A stretch of DNA of 64,000 bases from Persephonella sp. IF05-L8 (lineage in GTDB: Bacteria > Aquificota > Aquificia > Aquificales > Hydrogenothermaceae): positions 37,023 to 101,022 of the forward strand of contig NZ_JNLJ01000005.1 of assembly GCF_000703045.1 (NCBI RefSeq), given 5' to 3'. The stretch's first letter is position 1. Every line of letters begins with the position of its first letter. The notes below the pieces were generated by a model. The model was given only the letters and a program-made list of their open reading frames with translations. It made no database searches and had not been told where the DNA came from. Shown one piece after another: positions 51,567 through 62,092 of the stretch. The position numbers were made by a program, and so were the translations under genes.

Positions 51567-52727
51567 ATGGACATAAAAATGGGTGTTGCTAAAGCAGGAA
51601 TAAAACCTTCCGGAGATTACGATATTCTTGTTTTAAAATTCAAACCATCTGTTTATAGCCTTGTTTTAACCCAGAACTCCCTTGCAGCAGCACCTGTTAT
51701 TTATGATAAAAATCTTAGAGTAAAAACAGATAAAATTTCTGCAATTGTTGTAAATAGCGGAAATGCAAATGCAGCAACAGGAGAGCAGGGATTAAAAAAT
51801 GCAATTAGAATGGCACAGCTAACATCACAGCTTTTAGATATTCCAGATGACCAGACTTTTGTTTTTTCTACAGGGGTTATAGGTGTTCAACTTCCTATGG
51901 CAAAGGTTGAAAAAGGAATAAAACAGGCCTGCGAAAATCTCACAGACCTTGACCTTGAACTTGCAGCAAGGGCAATATCCACAACAGATAGCTTTCAAAA
52001 ATATTACACTTTATCAGACCAGATAGACGGAAAAATGTTTCAGATTATTGGTATTGCCAAAGGGGCAGGGATGATACATCCCTCAATGGCAACAATGCTT
52101 GCTTATATATTTACAGATGTAAAAATTGAAAAATCCCTTCTTGACGAACTTATGAAAGAAATCACAGAAAAAAGTTTTAACTCAATAGATGTAGATGGTT
52201 GCGAAAGCACAAATGATAGTTTTTTAGTGGTAGCAACAGGTGAAGGTGAACTTGAGATAACAGAGGAGAATAAGGAAATTTTCAAAGAAAAACTCCTTAA
52301 AGTTGCCACTGAACTGGCAAAAATGATTGTTCGGGATGGAGAAGGTGCCACAAAACTGATACAGATTAACGTCTATCAGGCAACCTCTGAAGAAGAAGCC
52401 AAAAAAATAGGAGAGGCTATAGCACTTTCAAACCTATTTAAAACAGCCATGTTTGGAAACGACCCAAACTGGGGAAGAATTCTTTCTGCTGTTGGACAGC
52501 TTCATCTGGATATAGATTTTTCAAAAGTGAAACTATATATTGGGGATTTTCTGATATATGATGGAGAACCTACAGAATATGATAGACAAAAAGCAGAGGA
52601 ATATCTGAAAAATAACTCAGAAATTACAATAGAGCTTTATCTTGATAGAGGAAATAAAAACTGGACTTACTACACCTGTGACCTTACATACAAATATGTT
52701 GAAATTAATGCAGAATATACAACCTGA
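51567..52727 (+). CDS. argJ: bifunctional glutamate N-acetyltransferase / amino-acid acetyltransferase
   Basis: 386 aa; ATML autoproteolytic site (SMATMLAYIFTD); typical ArgJ blocks. Confidence 0.9.
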   Translation: MDIKMGVAKAGIKPSGDYDILVLKFKPSVYSLVLTQNSLAAAPVIYDKNLRVKTDKISAIVVNSGNANAATGEQGLKNAIRMAQLTSQLLDIPDDQTFVFSTGVIGVQLPMAKVEKGIKQACENLTDLDLELAARAISTTDSFQKYYTLSDQIDGKMFQIIGIAKGAGMIHPSMATMLAYIFTDVKIEKSLLDELMKEITEKSFNSIDVDGCESTNDSFLVVATGEGELEITEENKEIFKEKLLKVATELAKMIVRDGEGATKLIQINVYQATSEEEAKKIGEAIALSNLFKTAMFGNDPNWGRILSAVGQLHLDIDFSKVKLYIGDFLIYDGEPTEYDRQKAEEYLKNNSEITIELYLDRGNKNWTYYTCDLTYKYVEINAEYTT

Positions 52728-52874
52728 ATTTAAGTTTGCTTTCTGATTTAAATCCTGTTTTACTAAAAACTCCATAAATATGATTTTATCAGCTTTTTTT
52801 CGTAAAATAAGTATTGACATTAATTCTGTTCACCCTTACTTTTAATAGTAATTATTACTAATAAGGAGCAAGAA

Positions 52875-54425
52875 ATGGAAAAGGAAAAAATAATAATATT
52901 TGATACAACCTTAAGAGATGGTGAGCAGGCACCAGGATTTTCCATGACTGTTGAAGAAAAAATAACAATGGCACAACAACTTGAAAGACTTGGGGTTGAC
53001 GTTATAGAAGCAGGTTTTGCTGCAGCATCACAGGGAGATTTTGAAGCAATAAACTCCATAGCAAAGACAGTTAAGGAACCTATTGTATGCTCCCTTGCAA
53101 GAGCCCTTGAAAGTGATATAGAAAGGGCAGGCGAAGCCCTTGCCCCTGCAGAGAGAAAAAGAATTCATACATTTATAGCGACTTCTCCTATACATATGCA
53201 GTATAAACTTAAAATGACACCAGAACAGGTATTGGAAAGAGCTGTTTCTGCTGTAAAATTTGCAAGAAATTTTACAGATGATGTTGAGTTTTCAGCAGAA
53301 GATGCATTCAGGTCTGAAAGGGATTTCCTGTTTAAAGTGTTTGAGGCTGTTATAGATGCAGGAGCAAAAACCATAAATGTGCCTGATACTGTTGGATATG
53401 CAATACCTGATGAATTTGGGCAGCTAATAGCTGATATAAAAAATAATGTTCCCAACATAGACAAAGCTGTTATATCTGTTCACTGTCACAATGACCTTGG
53501 TCTTGCTGTTGCAAACTCCCTTTCTGCAATAAAAAATGGTGCAAGGCAGGCTCACGTTACAATTAACGGTATCGGTGAAAGAGCCGGTAATGCTGCCCTT
53601 GAAGAAGTCGTTATGGCAATAAAGGTTAGAAAAGATTACTTCAAAGATGTTTATACAACAGTAAACACAAAAGAAATCTATAAAACAAGCAGACTACTTT
53701 GCAGAATTACAGGCAGCTTTGTTCAGCCTAACAAGGCTATTGTTGGAGACAATGCTTTTGCCCACGAGGCAGGTATCCATCAACATGGCTTACTTGCCCA
53801 CAGGGAAACCTATGAGATAATGAGAGCTGAAGATGTAGGAGTTCCTGAATCTAAAATAGTGCTTGGTAAACACTCAGGAAGACATGCATTTAAAACAAGA
53901 CTTGAGGAACTGGGATACAGAAATCTAACAGAGGCAGAGATAGACCATCTGTTCAAAAAATTCAAAGAACTGGCAGACAAGAAAAAAGAGGTATTTGATG
54001 AAGACATAGAAGCACTGCTACTTGAAGAGCTCTTCAAAAGCTATGAAGAGGTTAAGCTAATCTATTTCCATGTTTTAAGTGGAAACAGAGCAATCCCTTC
54101 CTCCACTGTAAAAATTGAAAAAGATGGGGAAGAAATTATATCAACCTCTTCAGGAGATGGTCCCATAGATAGTGCCCTAAAAGCCCTTGAAAAAGCACTG
54201 GGTATAACAGGAAGGCTTAAGGATTACACAATCCGTTCCCTGAGTGCAGGAAAAGATGCAATGGGAGAAGTTAGAGTGGTAGTCGATTTCGGAGGAACAA
54301 TCAGTTCAGGAAAAGGAACATCTACCGATATTATAGAAGCAAGTGTAAAAGCTTATCTGGATGCTTATAACAGATATCTGGCAAGAAAGATATTCCTTGA
54401 AAAAAGAATTACAGAAGGTATTTAA
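52875..54425 (+). CDS. leuA: 2-isopropylmalate synthase (or citramalate synthase)
   Basis: IFDTTLRDGEQAPG ... HCHNDLGLAVANS; C-terminal LeuA dimerisation/regulatory domain; 516 aa. Confidence 0.85.
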   Translation: MEKEKIIIFDTTLRDGEQAPGFSMTVEEKITMAQQLERLGVDVIEAGFAAASQGDFEAINSIAKTVKEPIVCSLARALESDIERAGEALAPAERKRIHTFIATSPIHMQYKLKMTPEQVLERAVSAVKFARNFTDDVEFSAEDAFRSERDFLFKVFEAVIDAGAKTINVPDTVGYAIPDEFGQLIADIKNNVPNIDKAVISVHCHNDLGLAVANSLSAIKNGARQAHVTINGIGERAGNAALEEVVMAIKVRKDYFKDVYTTVNTKEIYKTSRLLCRITGSFVQPNKAIVGDNAFAHEAGIHQHGLLAHRETYEIMRAEDVGVPESKIVLGKHSGRHAFKTRLEELGYRNLTEAEIDHLFKKFKELADKKKEVFDEDIEALLLEELFKSYEEVKLIYFHVLSGNRAIPSSTVKIEKDGEEIISTSSGDGPIDSALKALEKALGITGRLKDYTIRSLSAGKDAMGEVRVVVDFGGTISSGKGTSTDIIEASVKAYLDAYNRYLARKIFLEKRITEGI

Positions 54426-54437
54426 GGGGGAAAATAA

Positions 54438-55772
54438 TTGAAAGGAAAACTGATATTACTACTGATATTAATAGCCGCTGCTGCAGGCGGCTTTTTTTAC
54501 TATAAAGGAGTTATAGATTTTGACCCGCCACAGATAAAATTTGAGAAAAAACCTAAATATCTTGGTTCAGGAACAGAAATTAACTTTGCAGTAATTGATA
54601 AAAAACCAGGAATAAGCTCAGTAAAGGTTTATCTGGTTCAAAATAATAAAAATATAGAAATCTTAGAAGATACAGATTTTCCAGAAGGATTAATAGATAA
54701 GAGCTATGATTTAAAAATTGATGCAAGGAAGTATGGAATAAGTCAGGGTAAAGTCAAACTGGTCTTTGTTGTGGAAGACAGCTCTATTTTGAAAAATAAA
54801 AAAACCTACTCTTATGACCTTGAAGTTGATTTAACCCCTCCATCCCTTAGTATTCTTTCCTCCCCTGCTGGAATTATGAATGGTGGAACAGGATTTGTTT
54901 TTTATAGAACATCATCAGATGTGGTTAAAACAGGTGTAAAAGTTGGAAATCTGGAGTTTAAATGTTTTAACAATATAATAGATAACCCAAATATTTATGG
55001 CTGTGCATTTCCTTACCCATATTACTGGAACAGAAAAAAATCTATTGTGGTTTTTGCTATAGACAAAGCAGGAAATAAAACCTCACATGCCCTTATGTAT
55101 TATTTCAAGAGGGTAAAATATAAACGTTCAGTTATCAATATCACAGATGAATTTATTGAAACAAAAGTAAGACCACTATCAGACAAGGATATAGCTGACC
55201 CTGTTGAACTTTTCAGATATGTAAATGTCCAGGTCAGGAAAAGAAATGAGGATATAATACACAAAATAACCTCCACCGTAACAATTAATGAGCCGCTCTT
55301 TAGAACGAACTTTTTACAGCTTAGAAACTCAAAAGTGTTAGGTGGCTTTGCAGACTACAGAAAATACAGATACAAAGGTAAAATCATTAAAGGAGCTGAT
55401 GCTTACCACAAAGGCTTAGACATGGCTTCCATCAAAAATGCACCGGTTCAGGCAGCAGAAGATGGCAAAGTAGTATTTACAGGATTTCTGGGTATTTATG
55501 GAAATTCTGTAATAATAGAGCACGGAATGGGAGTTTTTACCCTTTATTCCCATCTTGCAGAGATACACGTAAATAAAGGAGATGAAGTTTCAAGGGGAAC
55601 AGAGATTGGACTTACAGATACAACAGGCCTTGCTGTAGGAGACCATTTACATTTTGGGGTGCTTGTTCAGGGACTGGAGGTTCACCCAATTGAGTGGTTG
55701 GACAAAAACTGGATAAAAACAAGATTTTTAGAGCCTTATAAAAAAATAAAATCCTTATACGGAGGTCAGTAA
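54438..55772 (+). CDS. M23/LytM family peptidase with N-terminal membrane anchor
   Basis: TTG start after GGGGGA; C-terminal M23 motifs (YHKGLD, HGMGVFTLYSHL, GDHLHFGV). Confidence 0.8.
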   Translation: MKGKLILLLILIAAAAGGFFYYKGVIDFDPPQIKFEKKPKYLGSGTEINFAVIDKKPGISSVKVYLVQNNKNIEILEDTDFPEGLIDKSYDLKIDARKYGISQGKVKLVFVVEDSSILKNKKTYSYDLEVDLTPPSLSILSSPAGIMNGGTGFVFYRTSSDVVKTGVKVGNLEFKCFNNIIDNPNIYGCAFPYPYYWNRKKSIVVFAIDKAGNKTSHALMYYFKRVKYKRSVINITDEFIETKVRPLSDKDIADPVELFRYVNVQVRKRNEDIIHKITSTVTINEPLFRTNFLQLRNSKVLGGFADYRKYRYKGKIIKGADAYHKGLDMASIKNAPVQAAEDGKVVFTGFLGIYGNSVIIEHGMGVFTLYSHLAEIHVNKGDEVSRGTEIGLTDTTGLAVGDHLHFGVLVQGLEVHPIEWLDKNWIKTRFLEPYKKIKSLYGGQ

Positions 55773-56429
55773 ATGAAGTTCTTTATCGACACAGCCAATA
55801 TTGATGAAATTAAAGCTGCAAATGAGCTTAGAATTCTTGATGGGGTTACAACAAATCCAACTCTTATATCAAAAACAGGTAAACCATTTATGGAAGTTGT
55901 TAAAGAAATTCTGGCAGAAATCCCAGACAAACCTGTTAGCCTTGAAGTTGCCAGCACAGATTATGAAGGAATGGTAAGAGAAGGAGAAATGCTGGCAAAA
56001 TTAGGGGACAACGTTGTGATTAAAATCCCAGCAACAATTGATGGACTTAAAGCTGTTAAATATTTTGAAGATAATAAGATAAAAACAAATGTAACCCTTA
56101 TTTTCTCTCCATCACAGGCACTTCTTGCAATGAAGGCAGGAGCTTCATATATTTCTCCATTTGTAGGAAGACTTGATGATATTAGCCAGAATGGCATGGA
56201 GCTAATATCCCAGATTAGAACAATCATTGATAACTACGGATTTAACACAGAGATTATCGTTGCAAGTGTAAGACATCCAATGCATGTTGTTGAAGCTGCT
56301 CTGATAGGAGCAGATATTGCAACAATACCTTACAAAGTTATTGCACAGCTTATAAAACATCCACTTACAGATATTGGCCTTGAAAGATTTTTAAAAGATT
56401 GGGAAGCTGTTCCAGAAAAACCATTTTAA
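55773..56429 (+). CDS. tal: transaldolase / fructose-6-phosphate aldolase (short Tal/FSA type)
   Basis: [14 protein letters not shown]...GVTTNP; Schiff-base Lys region VVIKIPAT; 218 aa. Confidence 0.85.
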   Translation: MKFFIDTANIDEIKAANELRILDGVTTNPTLISKTGKPFMEVVKEILAEIPDKPVSLEVASTDYEGMVREGEMLAKLGDNVVIKIPATIDGLKAVKYFEDNKIKTNVTLIFSPSQALLAMKAGASYISPFVGRLDDISQNGMELISQIRTIIDNYGFNTEIIVASVRHPMHVVEAALIGADIATIPYKVIAQLIKHPLTDIGLERFLKDWEAVPEKPF

Positions 56430-56437
56430 AATCTCTT

Positions 56438-56458
56438 GGGGCTTTTATGCCCCTTTAT
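56438..56458 (+). terminator. rho-independent terminator after tal (GGGGC-TTTTAT-GCCCC-TTTAT)
   Basis: 5-bp GC stem, 6-nt loop, U-rich tail, 9 nt after the tal stop. Core GGGGCTTTTA...GCCCCTTT is nearly identical to the hairpin after gyrB. Confidence 0.55.
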
Positions 56459-56465
56459 AAAAAAG

Positions 56466-56756
56466 ATGAAATACAGAAAAAAAGGCATAAAAAAGGAACA
56501 TCATATTATTGAAGACGGGGAAGAGCTACTTGAGGATTTAGTGAAAAAGGGATTGGTAAAGTCTATCATTCCAGGGAGAATAAAAACCACTCCAAAAGGT
56601 CAACCGGGAAATCCACGTCTTACATTCCAGTATGAAACAAATTCAGGGGCTAAACTTCTTCTAAAAAAAGGCTCAACAGTTCAGGAAGTTTTTGTGATTA
56701 CAGATGATGTTCCTGCTTTAAAAGATTATGTTATTGAAAAATATAAAAATAAATGA
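56466..56756 (+). CDS. hypothetical protein (96 aa)
   Basis: Listed ORF 56436 starts with TTG inside the terminator hairpin; ATG 56466 (MKYRKKGIKK...) is the plausible start. No motif I recognise. Confidence 0.45.
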   Translation: MKYRKKGIKKEHHIIEDGEELLEDLVKKGLVKSIIPGRIKTTPKGQPGNPRLTFQYETNSGAKLLLKKGSTVQEVFVITDDVPALKDYVIEKYKNK

Positions 56757-56943
56757 AATACTAAAAAGTTAATTCTAAATTATAAGGAAGGAGATACTGG
56801 AAAAAGAGATTGATAAAGGGACTTTTGAATATAGAAAAAGTATATTTTATCTTTTTACTGGTGTAGGTATTATTTCAACAGTAATTTTCGCCGTATTAAA
56901 TATACATGCTGGAAATATACTAATAGGTAGTATAGAAATTTTT

Positions 56944-57789
56944 TTGTCTGTTCTGGCTTTTTTTAATGCTATTTTTTTCACACAGACAGAAAAGTTTGAT
57001 TTGGCAACTACAAATATTCTTATTCTGGTTCTCTTAGTTTTACTGCTGCTGATAATAACAGGAGGATACAAAGGAAATGGTATATTCTGGATTTATACCT
57101 TTCCATTATTAACATTCTTTTTAAAAGATAAAAAATCAGCTTTTTTATGGAATATATCATTCCTTTTTTTAATCTTGATTATTTACCTCCTTTCATCTAA
57201 GGGGATTTTAACTATTTCTTATGATATGTATGCTATTCTTGAAGCAGTAGGAGCCTATCTGGCAGTAACTTTTCTGGCTTACTTTTATGCTGATGCCCTA
57301 ACAAATTTAACAAAAAAATTGACTTATAGAGCCCTTTATGACCCTTTGACAGACCTTTTTAACAGACAATTTGTTATGGAATATCTTGAAAAGGAAATAG
57401 AAAAGATTAAAAGAGGTTCTGAAAATCATTTATGTGTAGTTTATATAGATTTTGACAATTTTAAGCCTATAAATGATAAGTATGGTCATATTGTTGGGGA
57501 TGAAGTATTAAAAAATGTCGCAAGAATATTTTTAGAAAACTTTAGAAAATCCGATGTAATCGGAAGAATTGGAGGAGATGAATTTTTAATAGTTATAAAC
57601 TACTGTAGAAAAGAATATATTGAAAATAAGTTAATTTTGCTTAGGGAAACAATAGAAAATCAATTTAAAAAATATAATCTTTCATTTAGTTATGGCATTG
57701 TTGTCCTTCCGGATGAGACACAGGATTTTCAAAATGCTATAAAGTTAGCAGATAAAAGGATGTATAAAAACAAAATAAGAAAGTCATAA
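56944..57789 (+). CDS. GGDEF-domain diguanylate cyclase with N-terminal membrane domain (5' boundary uncertain)
   Basis: RALYDPLTDLFNR ... GGDEF active-site motif IGRIGGDEFLIV. The same frame is open and hydrophobic upstream to 56779 with no ATG/GTG/TTG. Confidence 0.75.
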   Translation: MSVLAFFNAIFFTQTEKFDLATTNILILVLLVLLLLIITGGYKGNGIFWIYTFPLLTFFLKDKKSAFLWNISFLFLILIIYLLSSKGILTISYDMYAILEAVGAYLAVTFLAYFYADALTNLTKKLTYRALYDPLTDLFNRQFVMEYLEKEIEKIKRGSENHLCVVYIDFDNFKPINDKYGHIVGDEVLKNVARIFLENFRKSDVIGRIGGDEFLIVINYCRKEYIENKLILLRETIENQFKKYNLSFSYGIVVLPDETQDFQNAIKLADKRMYKNKIRKS

Positions 57790-57851
57790 TCCTCTATTAT
57801 AGCCTTTCTTCCCATAAGGTATAATTTATAAAAAACAGTAGAGGAGATATT

Positions 57852-58919
57852 ATGAACTCAATTCCCCATATAATTCCTGAAAATCAAACTATTTACAAAA
57901 TTCTCATACCCGACCCATTTCAAGAACCAATTATTGTCAAAGATGAGGATGAATTTAAAGATTTAATCACAAAGTTAAAAAAAGAAGGAAAAAATGAGAT
58001 AGCCCGCCAGCTTACAGAAAAATGGGTAAACCTTCACAAAGAAACCTTCAAAATCAACCACAAAGGAAAATTTTTAAATCTTGGGCATAAAACTGCAATC
58101 ATGGGAATTTTAAATATAACCCCAGATTCATTTTCAGATGGGGGAGTTTTTTACAAAAATATAGATAAAGCCGTTGAGCATGTATCCCAGATGCTTGAAA
58201 ATGGAGCTGATATCATAGATATCGGGGGGGAATCCACAAGACCAGGAGCAACCCCTGTTCCTGTTGAAGAAGAAATGGAAAGGGTTATTCCGGTAATCAA
58301 AGCTTTAAGAAAGGAATTAGGAGATAACTTTTTAATCTCAATAGATACCTATAAAGCAGAGGTTGCCAAAGCAGCAATTAATGAAGGGGCAGACATTGTA
58401 AATGATATCAGTGGTATGACATTTGACCCCAAAATGGCAGAAACGGTGGCACAGCTGGACTGTCCCGTGGTGATAAATCATACCCGTGGAAGACCAACAG
58501 AAATGCAGAAAGATGTATATTATGACGATGTTGTCCTTGAAATAATAGAATTCCTTGAAAATCAGATAAATTATGGAATATCAAAAGGTATTAGAAAAGA
58601 CAGATTTATAATAGACCCGGGAATAGGTTTCGGAAAGTTAGTAGAACACAATATTGAAATAATTAAAAGACTATCAGAGTTCAAAGTTTTAGGGCTACCT
58701 ATCCTGATAGGCATATCCAGAAAATCCTTTATAGGCATAATCCTCAAAAATCTTATGGGGAAAGAAGAAGTTCCGCCGAAAGATAGAATAAACGGTTCTT
58801 TAGGGGCTACAGCTTACGCTGTTTTAAATGGAGCCCATATAGTTAGAACCCATGATATAAAGGAAACAGCAGAATTTTTAACAATTATAGACACAATTAG
58901 AGGTTACAGGCTTGTTTGA
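57852..58919 (+). CDS. folP: dihydropteroate synthase with ~75-aa N-terminal extension
   Basis: GILNITPDSFSDGG pterin-binding motif begins near residue 85; 355 aa against a typical ~280. Confidence 0.85.
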   Translation: MNSIPHIIPENQTIYKILIPDPFQEPIIVKDEDEFKDLITKLKKEGKNEIARQLTEKWVNLHKETFKINHKGKFLNLGHKTAIMGILNITPDSFSDGGVFYKNIDKAVEHVSQMLENGADIIDIGGESTRPGATPVPVEEEMERVIPVIKALRKELGDNFLISIDTYKAEVAKAAINEGADIVNDISGMTFDPKMAETVAQLDCPVVINHTRGRPTEMQKDVYYDDVVLEIIEFLENQINYGISKGIRKDRFIIDPGIGFGKLVEHNIEIIKRLSEFKVLGLPILIGISRKSFIGIILKNLMGKEEVPPKDRINGSLGATAYAVLNGAHIVRTHDIKETAEFLTIIDTIRGYRLV

Positions 58920-59745
58920 TAGTCTTCAATGGCTTATTGGCTTAATCAAATCAATACGGATAAATGACATAATAGATATCCTTATTGTTGCCACAATAAT
59001 TTATTACCTTCTAAAGTTTATCATTGGCACAAGAGGCTGGCAGATACTTATAGGCCTTTTTATTCTTCTGTCTATATGGCTGGTTGCAAAAATACTTCAT
59101 CTCCCAACAATTGAATGGATTTTTGATAACCTGTGGAGTATTGGAATATTTATTCTTATAGTTGTTTTTCAGCCAGAAATCAGAAGAGGACTTGCAAAAT
59201 TAGGAGAAAGGGGACTTTTCAGGTATTCTCTCCTTTCCAAGAAAAAAGCTATTGATGAAATTATAAGGGCAGCAACATTCCTTGCAGAAAGAAAAATTGG
59301 AGCATTAATAGTTTTTGAGAGAAATATTGACCTTGAAAACTATACAGAAGGCTGCGTTAAGCTAAATGCAGAGATTTCCCTTGAGTTGCTTATTTCTATC
59401 TTTATCCCCCAGACACCTCTTCATGATGGTGCAGTAATCATAAGAGACCAGGAGATTGTTTCTGCCAGATGTTTTTTACCCCTTACTATAAATCCTAATA
59501 TTCCCCAGAACATAGGTACAAGACACAGGGCAGGGATAGGAATATCCGAAGAAACAGATGCAGTTGCCCTTATTGTATCAGAAGAAAGGGGAGAAATATC
59601 CCTTGCTATTGATGGAAAACTCTTTAGAGATTTAGACCCTCTTACCCTGAGAAAAAAACTTATAGAAGTCCTTGAGATAGAGAAACCTGATTTGGTAGGA
59701 AAACTGAAGAATAAATTATCCGGGAAAAAGAAATGGAAAAAATAA
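58912..59745 (+). CDS. cdaA: diadenylate cyclase (c-di-AMP synthase) CdaA
   Basis: Three N-terminal TMs; DAC domain with TPLHDGAVII and RHRAGIGISEETDAVALIVSEERG. Confidence 0.85.
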   Translation: MFDSLQWLIGLIKSIRINDIIDILIVATIIYYLLKFIIGTRGWQILIGLFILLSIWLVAKILHLPTIEWIFDNLWSIGIFILIVVFQPEIRRGLAKLGERGLFRYSLLSKKKAIDEIIRAATFLAERKIGALIVFERNIDLENYTEGCVKLNAEISLELLISIFIPQTPLHDGAVIIRDQEIVSARCFLPLTINPNIPQNIGTRHRAGIGISEETDAVALIVSEERGEISLAIDGKLFRDLDPLTLRKKLIEVLEIEKPDLVGKLKNKLSGKKKWKK

Positions 59746-60113
59746 AGAAAATAGTTTTAAACAATATACATTTAAAAATCTTATCCTTACTTGTTGCTTT
59801 CCTGCTCTGGCTGAATATAACCAGCACCCAAAAAACACAGATTGAGTTTATGACTGAAGTAAAAATAAAAAACCAACCTAAAAACCTAATAATACAGAAA
59901 ATAGAACCTTCAAAAGTTTCCATAAAAATAGAAGGTATACGTTCCAAGCTAAACAGAGTTAATATTTCTGATATAGAAGTCTATATTGATGGTAAAAAAC
60001 TAAAAAAAGGAAAAAATCTTGTTAAAGTTCATGTTTCCCCAAGATTTACAGAGAGCTTTACAGTTATATCTGTCAAACCTGAGAAAGTATATGTCTATAC
60101 CATATCAAAATGA
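59733..60113 (+). CDS. YbbR/CdaR-like domain protein (short, single YbbR repeat)
   Basis: N-terminal TM; one YbbR-like beta domain; overlaps the cdaA 3' end by 13 nt. Confidence 0.6.
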   Translation: MEKIKKIVLNNIHLKILSLLVAFLLWLNITSTQKTQIEFMTEVKIKNQPKNLIIQKIEPSKVSIKIEGIRSKLNRVNISDIEVYIDGKKLKKGKNLVKVHVSPRFTESFTVISVKPEKVYVYTISK

Positions 60114-60151
60114 TAAAATATTTCTTTGTGTAAAAACTCAGGAGGTTATCA

Positions 60152-62092
60152 ATGTTAAAGTTAAATATAAACAGATTTGGGGAGTATGAGTTTGAAGATG
60201 GTATTACTATAAAAGAAATCATACAGGCATTAGAAGGGGAAGGCAAAAAGATAAAAGGAGCAATAGGCGGCGTTTTAAATGGAAAAATCATAGACGTCCA
60301 CACTCCTATAAGAGAAAGTGGAGAGCTTAGATTTATAACCAAAAAAGACCCAGAAAGCCTTGAGCTTCTCAGACACTCTCTTGCTCACATAATGGCTCAG
60401 GCTCTAAAAGAGCTTTACGGAGATGAAAATGTCCATCTTGGTATTGGTCCAACAACGGAACACGGGTTTTATTACGACGTAGAAGTGGAAGGAAAAAGGC
60501 TTACAGAGGAAGACCTTCCTGTTATTGAAGAAAAAATGAGAGAAATTATCCAGAGAAACTGCCCTGTTGAAAGAAAAGAGATACCCAGGGATGAAGCTAT
60601 TGAGCTTTTTGAAAAGAAAAAAGAGATATACAAAATAGACATAATCAAACACCAGATACCTGAAGGGGAACCAATATCGGTATATACCCAGTGTGATTTT
60701 ATAGACCTTTGTAGAGGTCCCCACATTCCATCCACAGGAGAAGCAGGAGCATTTAAACTTGTATCCCTTGCAGGTGCTTACTGGAGGGGAAAAGAAGGAA
60801 ATCCAATGCTCCAGAGGATTTATGGGGTTGCATTCTGGACAGAGAAGGAACTGAAAAAATACCTGAATATGCTTGAAGAAGCTAAAAAAAGAGACCACAG
60901 AAAACTTGGAAAAGAGCTTGAGCTGTTTATGATAACAGATGAAGTTGGTGGTGGCCTTGCCCTGTGGCTTCCAAAAGGGGCAATAATCAGAAACGAGATA
61001 GAAAATGCATGGAAACAGGAGCATATAAAAAGAGGATATCAGCTTGTTTACACACCACATGTAGGTAAAGAGCAGCTATGGAAAACAAGTGGACATGTTG
61101 ATTTTTATAGAGAAAATATGTTCCCTGAAATGCAGATTGAAGAAGAGGGGTATTTTGTTAAGCCTATGAACTGCCCGTTCCATGTGGAGATATACAAATC
61201 AAAACAACGTTCATATAAGGAACTTCCCCTTAGATTTGCAGAACTTGGGACAGTTTACAGATATGAAAGAAGCGGTGTTTTACATGGGCTTATGAGGGTT
61301 AGAGGCTTTACCCAGGACGATGCTCATATTATATGTAGGGAAGACCAGGTTGAAGAGGAAATTAAAGGTGTCCTTGAACTGATACTTGATACCCTTAGAA
61401 GCTATGGATTTGATGAGTTTCAGGTATTCCTCTCAACAAGACCTGAAAAATCTGTTGGCGATGATAGAATGTGGGAAGTTGCAACAGACTCTTTAAGGAA
61501 AGCTATAGAAAGCGTAGGACTTACCTATGAAATAGATGAAGGGGGCGGAGCTTTCTACGGTCCCAAAATAGACGTAAAAATAAAAGATGCCATCGGTAGA
61601 ATGTGGCAGTGCTCAACTGTTCAGTTTGATTTTAACCTGCCTGAAAGATTTGATATGTATTACATAGGAGAAGACAACCAGAGACACAGACCATATATGA
61701 TACACAGGGCTATATTTGGTTCAATAGAAAGATTTATAGGTGTTCTCCTTGAGCACTACGCAGGACAGCTACCACTGTGGCTTTCTCCTGTTCAGGCAAG
61801 AATAATTCCTATTGCTGATGCTCATATTCCTTATGCTAAAGAGGTTGAAAAGCAGCTTAAAGAAGCTGGTCTCAGGGTTGAAGTTGATGAGAGAAATGAA
61901 AGAATGAACAAAAAAATAAGAGATGCAGAACTTCAAAAAATCCCTTATATGCTTGTGGTAGGAGATAAAGAAGCAGAAAGTAAAACTGTTGCCGTGAGAA
62001 CAAAGAAGAAAGGAAATATTGGAACAATGCCTGTTGATGAATTTATTCAAAAAGCTAAAAAATTAATAGAAGAAAAATCCCTTGAACTTTAA
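60152..62092 (+). CDS. thrS: threonine--tRNA ligase
   Basis: 646 aa; N-terminal TGS domain; class II aaRS motifs; zinc site CPFH...; C-terminal anticodon-binding domain. Confidence 0.95.
   Translation: MLKLNINRFGEYEFEDGITIKEIIQALEGEGKKIKGAIGGVLNGKIIDVHTPIRESGELRFITKKDPESLELLRHSLAHIMAQALKELYGDENVHLGIGPTTEHGFYYDVEVEGKRLTEEDLPVIEEKMREIIQRNCPVERKEIPRDEAIELFEKKKEIYKIDIIKHQIPEGEPISVYTQCDFIDLCRGPHIPSTGEAGAFKLVSLAGAYWRGKEGNPMLQRIYGVAFWTEKELKKYLNMLEEAKKRDHRKLGKELELFMITDEVGGGLALWLPKGAIIRNEIENAWKQEHIKRGYQLVYTPHVGKEQLWKTSGHVDFYRENMFPEMQIEEEGYFVKPMNCPFHVEIYKSKQRSYKELPLRFAELGTVYRYERSGVLHGLMRVRGFTQDDAHIICREDQVEEEIKGVLELILDTLRSYGFDEFQVFLSTRPEKSVGDDRMWEVATDSLRKAIESVGLTYEIDEGGGAFYGPKIDVKIKDAIGRMWQCSTVQFDFNLPERFDMYYIGEDNQRHRPYMIHRAIFGSIERFIGVLLEHYAGQLPLWLSPVQARIIPIADAHIPYAKEVEKQLKEAGLRVEVDERNERMNKKIRDAELQKIPYMLVVGDKEAESKTVAVRTKKKGNIGTMPVDEFIQKAKKLIEEKSLEL

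Noticed and set aside
52814-52842. TTGACA-17-TACTTT candidate promoter upstream of leuA
   Set aside because: The -35 is perfect but the -10 is poor (TACTTT). This is plausible but too weak to list as a feature.
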